From the IMG/VR virus record IMGVR_UViG_3300025018_002313: a stretch of 59,200 nucleotides of DNA; one strand, written 5' to 3'. Made by a program: the position numbers and the translations under genes. How positions within the stretch are numbered: position 1 is the first letter of the stretch; every line of letters begins with the position of its first letter. The notes beneath the pieces were generated by a model. That model made no database searches and was not told the origin of the DNA. It saw nothing but the letters and a program-made list of their open reading frames with translations. Of the stretch, positions 47,212 to 55,921 are shown one piece after another. Source of the DNA: a virus.

Positions 47212-48535
47212 AGATTTAAATATACCACAAATGGGTAATGCCCAACCTGCGCCTGCGCAGCAATACACACCAACTGCACAGACCATTAATAATATCGGGA
47301 TGCCGGCCGGTATGCCACTCGGGATGCCTAATGCCGCTGTAGCAACTCAGCCAATAATAACCCAACAGAAATTACCACCACCTCAGATGCCAGGGGAAGG
47401 GTTAAAGCGTGCAGTTAACTATTATGCAGACTATGCTGGATGTGGTTGGTGGAGAATGATTCAACCTGAAACTCTACTCAATATGGAACAGAAAGCAATT
47501 ATTAATGGGTTAACTACTATGGTAGTTGATCCAAGATTCTATTTCGGAATTGAAGCAGTTAGACTACAACGTCAGGCAACTCCGGTTCAACTAGAATTTG
47601 TAAAATTCTTGAAAGCAGGATCTGCTGAACACGGGTTTAAAGTCATCTACGAGATAGATGATATCATATTTAAGGACGACATTCCTGATTTTAATCGCTG
47701 TAAGACTGCATTCGAAGATGATAGTATTCTCGCAAGCTCCATCGAGATGATGAGATTATGCGATGAAATTAGTGTTACCTGTCAATTTATGAAGGAATAT
47801 TATATCGACAAAACCGGTAATAAAAATATAACCGTTCTACCTAATTATCCATCGAGAATGTGGATGGACGGTCATTATGATCCAGTACGTTTGATGGAAA
47901 ATTATACGAAATATAAAAATAGACCTCGCGTTGCATATATCGGTTCAGGTACTCATATTGATGTAGGAAATAGAACCAATCAAAAAGATGACTTTGAACA
48001 TATTGTACAACACATTATCAAAACTCGTGATATATTCAAATGGGTATTTGTTGGTTGCTTCCCATTACCGTGCAAGCCATTTATCGACAGAGGTGAAATG
48101 GAATTTATCAGTTGGTTCCCGCTGAAGAATCTTGCAAAAGCATATACATCTATAAACTGTCAAGCAGTATATGCTCCCCTACAGGATTGTTCTTTTAATC
48201 GCGCTAAGAGTAATATTAAATATCTCGAATCTGCGTGCTGTGGTATCCCGGGTGTTTTCCAGAATATGATAACATATAAAGATGCACCTTTACGATTCGG
48301 GACAGGTGCGGAATTTATTGATCAAATAAAGGCTCTGCTTAAGGACGAGCAGACATACGAAAAATATAGCATAGCTGCCAGAGCATATGCTGATACGATG
48401 TGGCTAGATGATCATCTTGATGAGTTTGCAGAATTATACTTTACACGCATCGGAACACCTAATCGCAAAGCTCTTCTAAGATTGAATCCAGACCAAGCGA
48501 CAGCTGTAACATACGAGAATAACTTACTAAAATGA
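47195..48535 (+). CDS. GT-B-fold glycosyltransferase-like protein with a P/Q/M-rich disordered N terminus
   Basis: 446 aa. The C-terminal KYLESACCGIPGV resembles the GT4/GT-B donor-binding E-x7-E region. The first 80 aa are low complexity (MPAGMPLGMPNAA...). Confidence 0.35.
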   Translation: MGLQFKDLNIPQMGNAQPAPAQQYTPTAQTINNIGMPAGMPLGMPNAAVATQPIITQQKLPPPQMPGEGLKRAVNYYADYAGCGWWRMIQPETLLNMEQKAIINGLTTMVVDPRFYFGIEAVRLQRQATPVQLEFVKFLKAGSAEHGFKVIYEIDDIIFKDDIPDFNRCKTAFEDDSILASSIEMMRLCDEISVTCQFMKEYYIDKTGNKNITVLPNYPSRMWMDGHYDPVRLMENYTKYKNRPRVAYIGSGTHIDVGNRTNQKDDFEHIVQHIIKTRDIFKWVFVGCFPLPCKPFIDRGEMEFISWFPLKNLAKAYTSINCQAVYAPLQDCSFNRAKSNIKYLESACCGIPGVFQNMITYKDAPLRFGTGAEFIDQIKALLKDEQTYEKYSIAARAYADTMWLDDHLDEFAELYFTRIGTPNRKALLRLNPDQATAVTYENNLLK

Positions 48536-49419
48536 TAACACACATACAATTTAAGCATGGATATGCTCTAAAACTCCCATGCGTACAAGATAGAGTTTTT
48601 AAATTTACACCAGGAATTAATATCCTATTTGGACCAAATGGTTGTGGTAAATCAACTATTATAAAAACACTAAAGGCATATTGCGGTATTCAAAAGGGTG
48701 GATGGACGCAAATAAACGATCCAACTGCTATAGGAACAACTTCAACCTCTCTTGGATTTCCAATGGCGTATGCAAAATTTGCACCAGGGGAATGTTATGC
48801 AAGTGTCGGGTGGACAGGTAATCCGACATTTTTTAACGACGGAGATATAAAAGTTAGTGAGACATTCTTCTTTCAAAATGTCGGTCAATCAGAAGACGGA
48901 ATAACAACAGAGAGAGAACAAATGGAAGCATTGATGAAAAAGCCTTCATCTGGTCAATATCGAATTGATAGACTTAATAAAGTTCTTAATCTTATAACTA
49001 CACCACCTGTAGTAGAAAATATACCTGATAGAATATCACGAGCAGGTAATCAATCATTCGCTGAAAGAGAGAAACAGTATTGGCATTCTCTAGGGCAAAC
49101 TGGACCGCTAACTATTCTACTGGATGAGCCTGAGCGTTCGTTAAGTCTACCGAAACAGAAGCAGCTACTTTGTGAAGCTATCCCAAAACAAATGGGTAAC
49201 TTACAAGTTATAATTGCAACTCATAGTGTTTTTGCTTTAGAGATACCAGGAGTAAATATTATTGATATGGAACCTGGATATGTAAATGTATGCAAAGAAA
49301 TATTAAACTTTTCTAATACAGGGCAGAGTCAGTTGGAGATGCCATTAAATACTCCTTGTAGCGCGTGTGAAGAGTATAAAAGAAAACTGGAAAGAATTAC
49401 TGGTATTGTTCAATCATAA
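48532..49419 (+). CDS. ABC-type ATPase (AAA_15/AAA_21-like) with no fused effector domain
   Basis: 295 aa. Walker A GPNGCGKST and a late Walker B LLDEPERSLS, with an ABC-like long spacer between them. Confidence 0.45.
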   Translation: MITHIQFKHGYALKLPCVQDRVFKFTPGINILFGPNGCGKSTIIKTLKAYCGIQKGGWTQINDPTAIGTTSTSLGFPMAYAKFAPGECYASVGWTGNPTFFNDGDIKVSETFFFQNVGQSEDGITTEREQMEALMKKPSSGQYRIDRLNKVLNLITTPPVVENIPDRISRAGNQSFAEREKQYWHSLGQTGPLTILLDEPERSLSLPKQKQLLCEAIPKQMGNLQVIIATHSVFALEIPGVNIIDMEPGYVNVCKEILNFSNTGQSQLEMPLNTPCSACEEYKRKLERITGIVQS

Positions 49420-49477
49420 TACTGATATAATTAGTTCCTACCCTTGATTTATCTCAAAAATCCTATAATATTGATAT

Positions 49478-52060
49478 ATGTATAGAAATATTTACTATGA
49501 TTCTCGTAAGGGAACGATGAGATTATGGACCTGGAATGATTCTGGGGACAGAACAGAGATATGCGAGCCTTTTGAGCCATACATCTATGTTGAGAGTAAT
49601 CAATTTAATGATGGACTTTCTCTATTCAACACTCCACTACGTAAGCTAACATTTAAGAATGATTGGGATCGTAGACAATACGTAAAAGAGAGCGGCATTA
49701 GACGAATCTTTTACAATCTTCGTCCAGAACAGCAATTCTTAATTGATCGTTTTGGAGGACTTCAAAACGAACCAGAATTTACTCAATACCCCCTTAGAGT
49801 ATTCTTTCTTGATATTGAAACGTACTCCCCTTACTCCTTTCCCGTACCAACCCAAGCGCAGCATCCAATCAATCTAATAACAATATTCGACACACTTGAA
49901 AAGAAATATCACACGTTTGGACTAAAGAAAGACTTTACTCCTACTGCACCAAACCACACATACTACAAATGCAACTCTGAGTCAGAAATGCTAGAGAAAT
50001 TCTTACGATATTGGGAAAACAATTACCCAGATATCGTATCCGGGTGGAATAGTGAAGGTTTCGATATTCCTTATATTGTAAATCGAGTTACAAATGTGTT
50101 AGGTGAAAATGAAACTAAGAGATTATCACCTGTAGGTAGTTTATATTACAGAGAAGATGTTAGGCGTGCGTTCGGTAAAGATCTTGGGCGGTGGCATATT
50201 CGTGGTATTTCATGTGTTGACTACATGGAAGCATATAAGACATTCTCTAGAGGCGAACAAGAATCATATAGTTTAAATTATATTGCTCATGTTGAATTAA
50301 AAGAAGGTAAAGTTGCATATAACGCTACTAATCTGGCACAACTGTCTGAGCAGGATTGGAATAAATTTGTTGTTTATAACATTCAAGATGTAGATCTACT
50401 TATTAAACTTGAGGACAAACTTAGATTTCTTCAAATTTTAAGAATGATTGCATATAAAGGATTTACAACACTTGAATCGTCGATGGGAAAGATATCTGTA
50501 GTAACAGGTGCAATTGCTCAACAAGCTCTTGAAAATGGAAAAATATTCCCGACGTTCGTTAAAGATCAAATGAGTAAGTATGGTGGAGGGTTTGTAAAAG
50601 AAATTGATCCAGGATTGCATGAAAATATTATAACATTTGATGCAAATAGTTTGTATCCTAATACATTAATAAGCTTAAATCTATCACTAGAAACAAAACT
50701 AGGAAAGATAATTAATGTCGATAAGGAAAAAAATGAAGTTGAGCTGAGATTAGAAAATGGTAAAACACATCTATTGACTCCTCAACAATTTCAACAATTT
50801 ACAGAAAAGCATAAAATAGCAATTTCTAGAGCAAGAGTATTATATTCACAAAAAGAAAAGGGAGTGATACCACAGTATGTAGATAACCTATATGCTGACC
50901 GTGTCAAAGTAAAAAAGCAACTCTCAGAGCTAGAACAAAAGAATCTTAAGCTTCATAAAAATTCAAAAGAGCATAAAGCAAATTTACGACAAATTGAACA
51001 GCACGATATTATGCAGTATACTATTAAGATTTTGCTTAACTCTATTTATGGTGTGTTTGGAAATATGCATTCACCCTTCTATGATATTGATCATGCGGCA
51101 TCAATTACAAATACAGGTCAGTCTGTAATTAAAGCTGCAAATAAAATAGCAAACGAATATGTTGCTAAACAATACGGATGTACAGAAGATATAGCTGTAT
51201 ATAACGATACAGACTCAACTCACATTTCACTTAAACCATTACTGGATAAATTTGGAAAATCCTTTCTGGATGATAACGGAAACGTATCACCTTTTGCATA
51301 TGAAAAAGCCAACGAACTACAGGATGTAATTAATAAAGGAATTGAAGCTTGGGCTCATTCGTCTTTGAATTCAATAGACCCTAGATTTTACTTCAAACGT
51401 GAAGCTATTTGTGCAGTAGGAGTATATCAATCAAAGAAGCATTATATCCTTCATGTTCGTGATAAAGGTGAGTCTGATCCTATACCTTGTGATTATATCA
51501 AATACGTAGGTGTAGAGGTTGTAAGAAGTACTATGTCCGAACAGGTTAAGCGACTCATCAAAAATGTAGTCGAGTCTATAATCTATACTAAAGAGCGAGC
51601 TGCAACACTCGATGTATACAGACAAACGTATGAAGAATTTAAAAAACTTCCAGTTGAAGATATAGCATTTAGATCAAAAATCAATAACTATGAGAAGTCT
51701 GCAAAGAAAGCTAATAATTTTGTAATAGGAAAAGGCACACCGATCCATGCTAAAGCATCTATTTATTACAACTTATTATTGAAGCATTTAAAAATAGAAA
51801 CTATATATGATCCTGTTGAATCTGGGCAGAAGATAAAATGGTTTTATACAGCACCTAACAATAAATTTAATATTAAGTGTATCGCTTTTACGAACAAATA
51901 TCCAACCGAATTCGCCGATATAATAAAACCTGATTATGAATTGATGTTTGAAAAACTTATCGAACCAGCCATTAAGCGTTTCTTTGAATGTGTAAAATGG
52001 AGAATGGTTAGTATGCGAAATGAATATACATGTGACCTACTTGACTTACTTGGAATCTAG
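49478..52060 (+). CDS. gp43: Family B DNA polymerase with a 3'-5' exonuclease domain
   Basis: 860 aa. Exo I FLDIETYS, the KYGGGFV (K-x3-NSxYG region) and YNDTDSTH (DTDS) polymerase motifs. An AT-rich promoter-like region with cctataat lies upstream. Confidence 0.85.
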   Translation: MYRNIYYDSRKGTMRLWTWNDSGDRTEICEPFEPYIYVESNQFNDGLSLFNTPLRKLTFKNDWDRRQYVKESGIRRIFYNLRPEQQFLIDRFGGLQNEPEFTQYPLRVFFLDIETYSPYSFPVPTQAQHPINLITIFDTLEKKYHTFGLKKDFTPTAPNHTYYKCNSESEMLEKFLRYWENNYPDIVSGWNSEGFDIPYIVNRVTNVLGENETKRLSPVGSLYYREDVRRAFGKDLGRWHIRGISCVDYMEAYKTFSRGEQESYSLNYIAHVELKEGKVAYNATNLAQLSEQDWNKFVVYNIQDVDLLIKLEDKLRFLQILRMIAYKGFTTLESSMGKISVVTGAIAQQALENGKIFPTFVKDQMSKYGGGFVKEIDPGLHENIITFDANSLYPNTLISLNLSLETKLGKIINVDKEKNEVELRLENGKTHLLTPQQFQQFTEKHKIAISRARVLYSQKEKGVIPQYVDNLYADRVKVKKQLSELEQKNLKLHKNSKEHKANLRQIEQHDIMQYTIKILLNSIYGVFGNMHSPFYDIDHAASITNTGQSVIKAANKIANEYVAKQYGCTEDIAVYNDTDSTHISLKPLLDKFGKSFLDDNGNVSPFAYEKANELQDVINKGIEAWAHSSLNSIDPRFYFKREAICAVGVYQSKKHYILHVRDKGESDPIPCDYIKYVGVEVVRSTMSEQVKRLIKNVVESIIYTKERAATLDVYRQTYEEFKKLPVEDIAFRSKINNYEKSAKKANNFVIGKGTPIHAKASIYYNLLLKHLKIETIYDPVESGQKIKWFYTAPNNKFNIKCIAFTNKYPTEFADIIKPDYELMFEKLIEPAIKRFFECVKWRMVSMRNEYTCDLLDLLGI

Positions 52061-52087
52061 TATATTATATGATTAAGGAGAAAATAA

Positions 52088-52495
52088 ATGAGTGAACAGA
52101 AGAACATAGTAACATTTCTAGATGGTATGGAGCGTACCATTATTGGAGAACAAGTTAGCGAAGACGCTAATACAGTAGATATTCAAAATCCAGTCGTGGT
52201 AAATATCGTACCACAGGCGGATCCAAATACTGGGAGACCGACAGGCCAGATGGCATTGCAGCTGCTTCCAGTCTTTTTCAGAGAGTTCCTCGGAGATAAG
52301 GAACAACCGGTAGTATATTCTTACAGCAAGGCCAGAATTACACCTGTCACCTTCAATGGTGGTTTTGATTTTAGATTGTATGCACAGTATGATCATATCT
52401 TCAACCCAGCGAATATGCCACCAACTGAAGCACCTGTAGGGGCACCACCGAATGCAGCAGGAAATGGTCCTGTGATCAATTTGTTTAACGACTAG
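52088..52495 (+). CDS. Hypothetical protein upstream of uvsX (candidate recombination mediator or ssDNA-binding accessory)
   Basis: 135 aa preceded by a strong RBS (aaggag). Confidence 0.3.
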   Translation: MSEQKNIVTFLDGMERTIIGEQVSEDANTVDIQNPVVVNIVPQADPNTGRPTGQMALQLLPVFFREFLGDKEQPVVYSYSKARITPVTFNGGFDFRLYAQYDHIFNPANMPPTEAPVGAPPNAAGNGPVINLFND

Positions 52496-52503
52496 GAGTA
52501 ACT

Positions 52504-53610
52504 GTGGCAAAAACAGGTTTAGATGATGTACTCAGTGCAGTAGATAAAATCAATCCTGATGCGCAGGTTCTTTCCAAGAGTCCACTATCACTTGTGGACT
52601 CTTGGATCGATACCGGTAATTATGCATTGAATGCAATAATATCAGGATCATGTTATGGTGGAATTCCGGAAGGTCGTATTACAGGATTGACCGGACCGTC
52701 AGGTTGCGGTAAAACACTATTCATTAATAAGATAATAGGTAACTTTCAACGGCCTGATAAATCAAAATGGGCACTAGCGTTTGACTCTGAATTAGCAGAA
52801 GACCCACAATCTGCAGCCAGCGTGGGTGCAATTCCGGATAGAATTAAACATATACCGGTTAATACAGTCAATGAGTGTCGTAATCAATTACTTGCTTTTC
52901 TTGATAAAATTATCGAGAACAATCTACAAGGCAGCTTTATGGCCTCGATTGATTCGCTTGGTAATTTGGCAGGTACGAAAGAAATTGCAGACGCTGAAGC
53001 TGGTAAAGATGCAACTGATATGGGAACACGTGCAAAGAACATCAAATCAATGCTACGAACAATTACATATCGAGCAGCGAGATCCAAGACAACTGTATTG
53101 TTTTCTAATCATACATATAGTGATCCAACAGCTATGTACCCTTCATTAATTCAGAATCAGTCTGGAGGAGAAGGTCCGATCTATATGGCATCAGTCCTAT
53201 TACAGCTCAGTTTTAAGCGTGAAAAGAATGAGAAGGATTTCGAAATGGAAGAGATTCTATCGTCTGCAAAAAAAGTAGGTGGAATCACCATTCATGTACT
53301 TACAGCAAAAAATCGATTCATTCCTCCTATGCTTAGTACTGATGTCTATCTAAATTTCAAAACAGGGCTTGATAGGTATTCAGGTCTTTTTGAGTTAGCA
53401 AAAGGATTAAACGTGATACAGGGTGATAAGACATACACAATGATAGATCAGCATGGAGCTGAAATTAAACTAGGATATAGGAAAAATTTCGAGCGAGATC
53501 CTGATATGTGGGAAAATACTATACTACCTGTACTAGAACCAATAATTCAGCGAGAGTTTAGATTTAGCAGCGAGGTAGAACAAATTGACCGGGAAATTGA
53601 GGATCTATAA
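52504..53610 (+). CDS. uvsX: RecA-family recombinase, T4 UvsX-like
   Basis: 368 aa. Walker A GLTGPSGCGKT positioned as in UvsX/RecA; typical length. Confidence 0.7.
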   Translation: MAKTGLDDVLSAVDKINPDAQVLSKSPLSLVDSWIDTGNYALNAIISGSCYGGIPEGRITGLTGPSGCGKTLFINKIIGNFQRPDKSKWALAFDSELAEDPQSAASVGAIPDRIKHIPVNTVNECRNQLLAFLDKIIENNLQGSFMASIDSLGNLAGTKEIADAEAGKDATDMGTRAKNIKSMLRTITYRAARSKTTVLFSNHTYSDPTAMYPSLIQNQSGGEGPIYMASVLLQLSFKREKNEKDFEMEEILSSAKKVGGITIHVLTAKNRFIPPMLSTDVYLNFKTGLDRYSGLFELAKGLNVIQGDKTYTMIDQHGAEIKLGYRKNFERDPDMWENTILPVLEPIIQREFRFSSEVEQIDREIEDL

Positions 53611-53912
53611 TGACAAAATACGTAATTGGTATTGTTCATCCGAAGCGGGGTAATATATACTTACGGACTATACATAAAACTGAAGCACATGTAACAAGTA
53701 ATCGTGAGTTTATTCGACCAAGTGCTACATTTTATACACCCGACAAGGCATATCAAGCTATTGAGCAGATCAATGAACTATGGGGGAATGACAAATGGTT
53801 TTCGACACGTAGTAGTGATCTATATAAAGCAGAAAAAGTTATACTAAAATGGCATGTACCGTGTCACGGCATACAAGAAGATTTATTGATAAAAGATATA
53901 GGAGAATTCTAA
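53610..53912 (+). CDS. Hypothetical protein
   Basis: 100 aa ORF. Start overlaps the uvsX stop; its own stop overlaps the next start. Confidence 0.3.
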   Translation: MTKYVIGIVHPKRGNIYLRTIHKTEAHVTSNREFIRPSATFYTPDKAYQAIEQINELWGNDKWFSTRSSDLYKAEKVILKWHVPCHGIQEDLLIKDIGEF

Positions 53913-54718
53913 TGGTAAAAATATCCCATGAATGTCCATTTTCATTAATGGAGAAGGCACGAACTGACTTTAATGATTATGATTATTGTCTTGTTCACTT
54001 ACTTGAGAAGGATGAAAGATATCTAAATTTCTTCGTTGAATCGAAGAAAATGGGTCGCCATATTTTACTCGATAATTCAATTTTTGAGCTAGGTACAGCA
54101 TTTAATCCAGTACAGTTCGCAAAGTGGGTTGATTGGCTTAAGCCCCAGGAGTATATTATTCCCGATGTTCTTGAAGATTGTAAAGGAACTATACAAAATG
54201 CAAAAGATTGGCTTGCAACATATAGTGACTTACCAGGAATAAAGATTGGTGTTGTACAAGGAAAAACATATTCAGAGTTAGTAGAGTGCTATGAATTTAT
54301 GTCGAAAAATGTAGATAAAATTGCAATCAGTTTTGATTACAGCTATTATGAATTAACTGGGCTTGGCCATAATAAATGGCAGAAGTTTGCGAATGGTCGA
54401 CAGAATTTTATATTCCGTATGTTAGCCGAAAAGAAATGGAACTTCTGGAAACCACATCACTTGTTAGGTGCTGCAGTGCCCCAAGAGTTTAAATTTTATG
54501 CGGATTTATGGGATAACGCAAACATCCAATCTCTTGATACATCTAATCCAATTCAGCAAGCACTACTCGGACATGAATATACTATACACGGTCTTATTGA
54601 TAAAGATACAACAAAAGTAGCAGATTCATTTAATGCAGATTATAATGAAACGGACCTATCCATGTTAAGTGATAACGTCTGTATGTTCAGAAAATTTTGC
54701 AGTGGAGCAGTAAAATGA
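53912..54718 (+). CDS. tRNA-guanine-transglycosylase-fold protein, DpdA-like 7-deazaguanine DNA transglycosylase candidate
   Basis: Start moved to the ATG at 53912 (RBS ggag 7 nt upstream, TAATG overlap). HHLLGAAVPQEFKFYADLWDNANIQSLDTSNP parallels TGT HLLGVGKPDDIV...GIDMFDCVLPTRSG. ILLDNSIFELG parallels the TGT DSGGFQ region. Confidence 0.55.
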   Translation: MVKISHECPFSLMEKARTDFNDYDYCLVHLLEKDERYLNFFVESKKMGRHILLDNSIFELGTAFNPVQFAKWVDWLKPQEYIIPDVLEDCKGTIQNAKDWLATYSDLPGIKIGVVQGKTYSELVECYEFMSKNVDKIAISFDYSYYELTGLGHNKWQKFANGRQNFIFRMLAEKKWNFWKPHHLLGAAVPQEFKFYADLWDNANIQSLDTSNPIQQALLGHEYTIHGLIDKDTTKVADSFNADYNETDLSMLSDNVCMFRKFCSGAVK

Positions 54719-55257
54719 GATGGTGTGCATATTTTAGTCAAACTGGTAGCGAGATACTAGAAGTATCGAAAGCTATTAATAGGTTTCCAGATGTTGTATT
54801 TTATAATACAAACTTTGGTACTAAGCCACCTATAAATATTGAACTGATTACAGAACTGAATACACGTAAAATACCACTCCATATTCTACCGAATAAGCCG
54901 AGAGTACAAGACTATAAAACGTTCTTACTAGAAGGCGACTTATTAACTTTACACGGATGGCTAAGAATTATTCCACCAGAAATATGTGATGAGTTTGAAA
55001 TATATAACGGTCACCCTGGACTTATAACAGAGCATCCAGAACTTAAAGGACAGGATCCTCAAAAGAAAGCATATGAATTAGGGTTACCATACAGTGGGTG
55101 CGTAATTCATAAGGTAACTGCTGAAGTAGACGCGGGTGAGATAGTTCTCGCAGAAGAAATAAAAATTGAAAAATTGGAGCTTGATGTTATAATTAATGTT
55201 TTACATGATACATCAATCAAATTATGGGTAGAGTTTTTAGAGAGTAAATTGCAATAA
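54715..55257 (+). CDS. PurN-like formyltransferase (formyl_trans_N domain)
   Basis: Start at MRWCAYFSQTGSEIL, with the ATG overlapping the upstream stop. NGHPGLITEHPELKG and GCVIHKVTAEVDAGEIV match PurN/FMT N-HP-SLLP and G-TVH...D-G.I catalytic motifs. Confidence 0.6.
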   Translation: MRWCAYFSQTGSEILEVSKAINRFPDVVFYNTNFGTKPPINIELITELNTRKIPLHILPNKPRVQDYKTFLLEGDLLTLHGWLRIIPPEICDEFEIYNGHPGLITEHPELKGQDPQKKAYELGLPYSGCVIHKVTAEVDAGEIVLAEEIKIEKLELDVIINVLHDTSIKLWVEFLESKLQ

Positions 55258-55269
55258 TTAAGGAGAATA

Positions 55270-55920
55270 ATGAGAATATCTATTAGCGGATCGCAATGTG
55301 TTGGAAAGACAACACTAATTAATGATTTGTTCAGTAAGATTGAAATCAATCAACGATTCAGTCTAAGAAATGAAACTACACGAAATGTATTAAGAGACAA
55401 TCTCGGATTTGGTACTCTACCAATTAACGAGGAGGGTGGAGATCTGACACAACGATTGATCTGTTCACAGCATTTAATCAATCACGCAGCTGGGGAAACT
55501 GGAGATGTTATCTACGATCGTTGCGCATTAGATGGGTTGGTTTATACTTCATATTTATATGATGTTAATCGTGTAAGTAGAGAGACGCTTCGCATTGCGG
55601 AAGCAATTTTTGAAAATACTAAGTATGACATTATGTTCTACATTCCTCCAGAGGTTCCGTTGGAGGAAGATGGGGAAAGAAGTGTAAGCCCGTCATTTCG
55701 TAATTCAATCTGTAATTTATTCGAGGAGTATATTACCAGTTATAATCTTCAAGTCGGATACCTAAAAGGTACACGCGAAGAGAGAGTTCAGAGAATCTTA
55801 GAAACAATTAAAGCATATGATGATTATCAAAATAAACAAACAAAAATGTTTAATACACTTGATAAGAATCTGCAGAACGCAATCCAGACTATTAAAACTG
55901 ATTTACATATAAAGGAGTAA
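55270..55920 (+). CDS. P-loop NTPase / kinase-like protein, paralog B of the 20587..21273 gene
   Basis: 216 aa. Walker A GSQCVGKTT and shared downstream motifs with paralog A. Sits between the formyltransferase and queF. Confidence 0.5.
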   Translation: MRISISGSQCVGKTTLINDLFSKIEINQRFSLRNETTRNVLRDNLGFGTLPINEEGGDLTQRLICSQHLINHAAGETGDVIYDRCALDGLVYTSYLYDVNRVSRETLRIAEAIFENTKYDIMFYIPPEVPLEEDGERSVSPSFRNSICNLFEEYITSYNLQVGYLKGTREERVQRILETIKAYDDYQNKQTKMFNTLDKNLQNAIQTIKTDLHIKE

Positions 55921-55921
55921 C

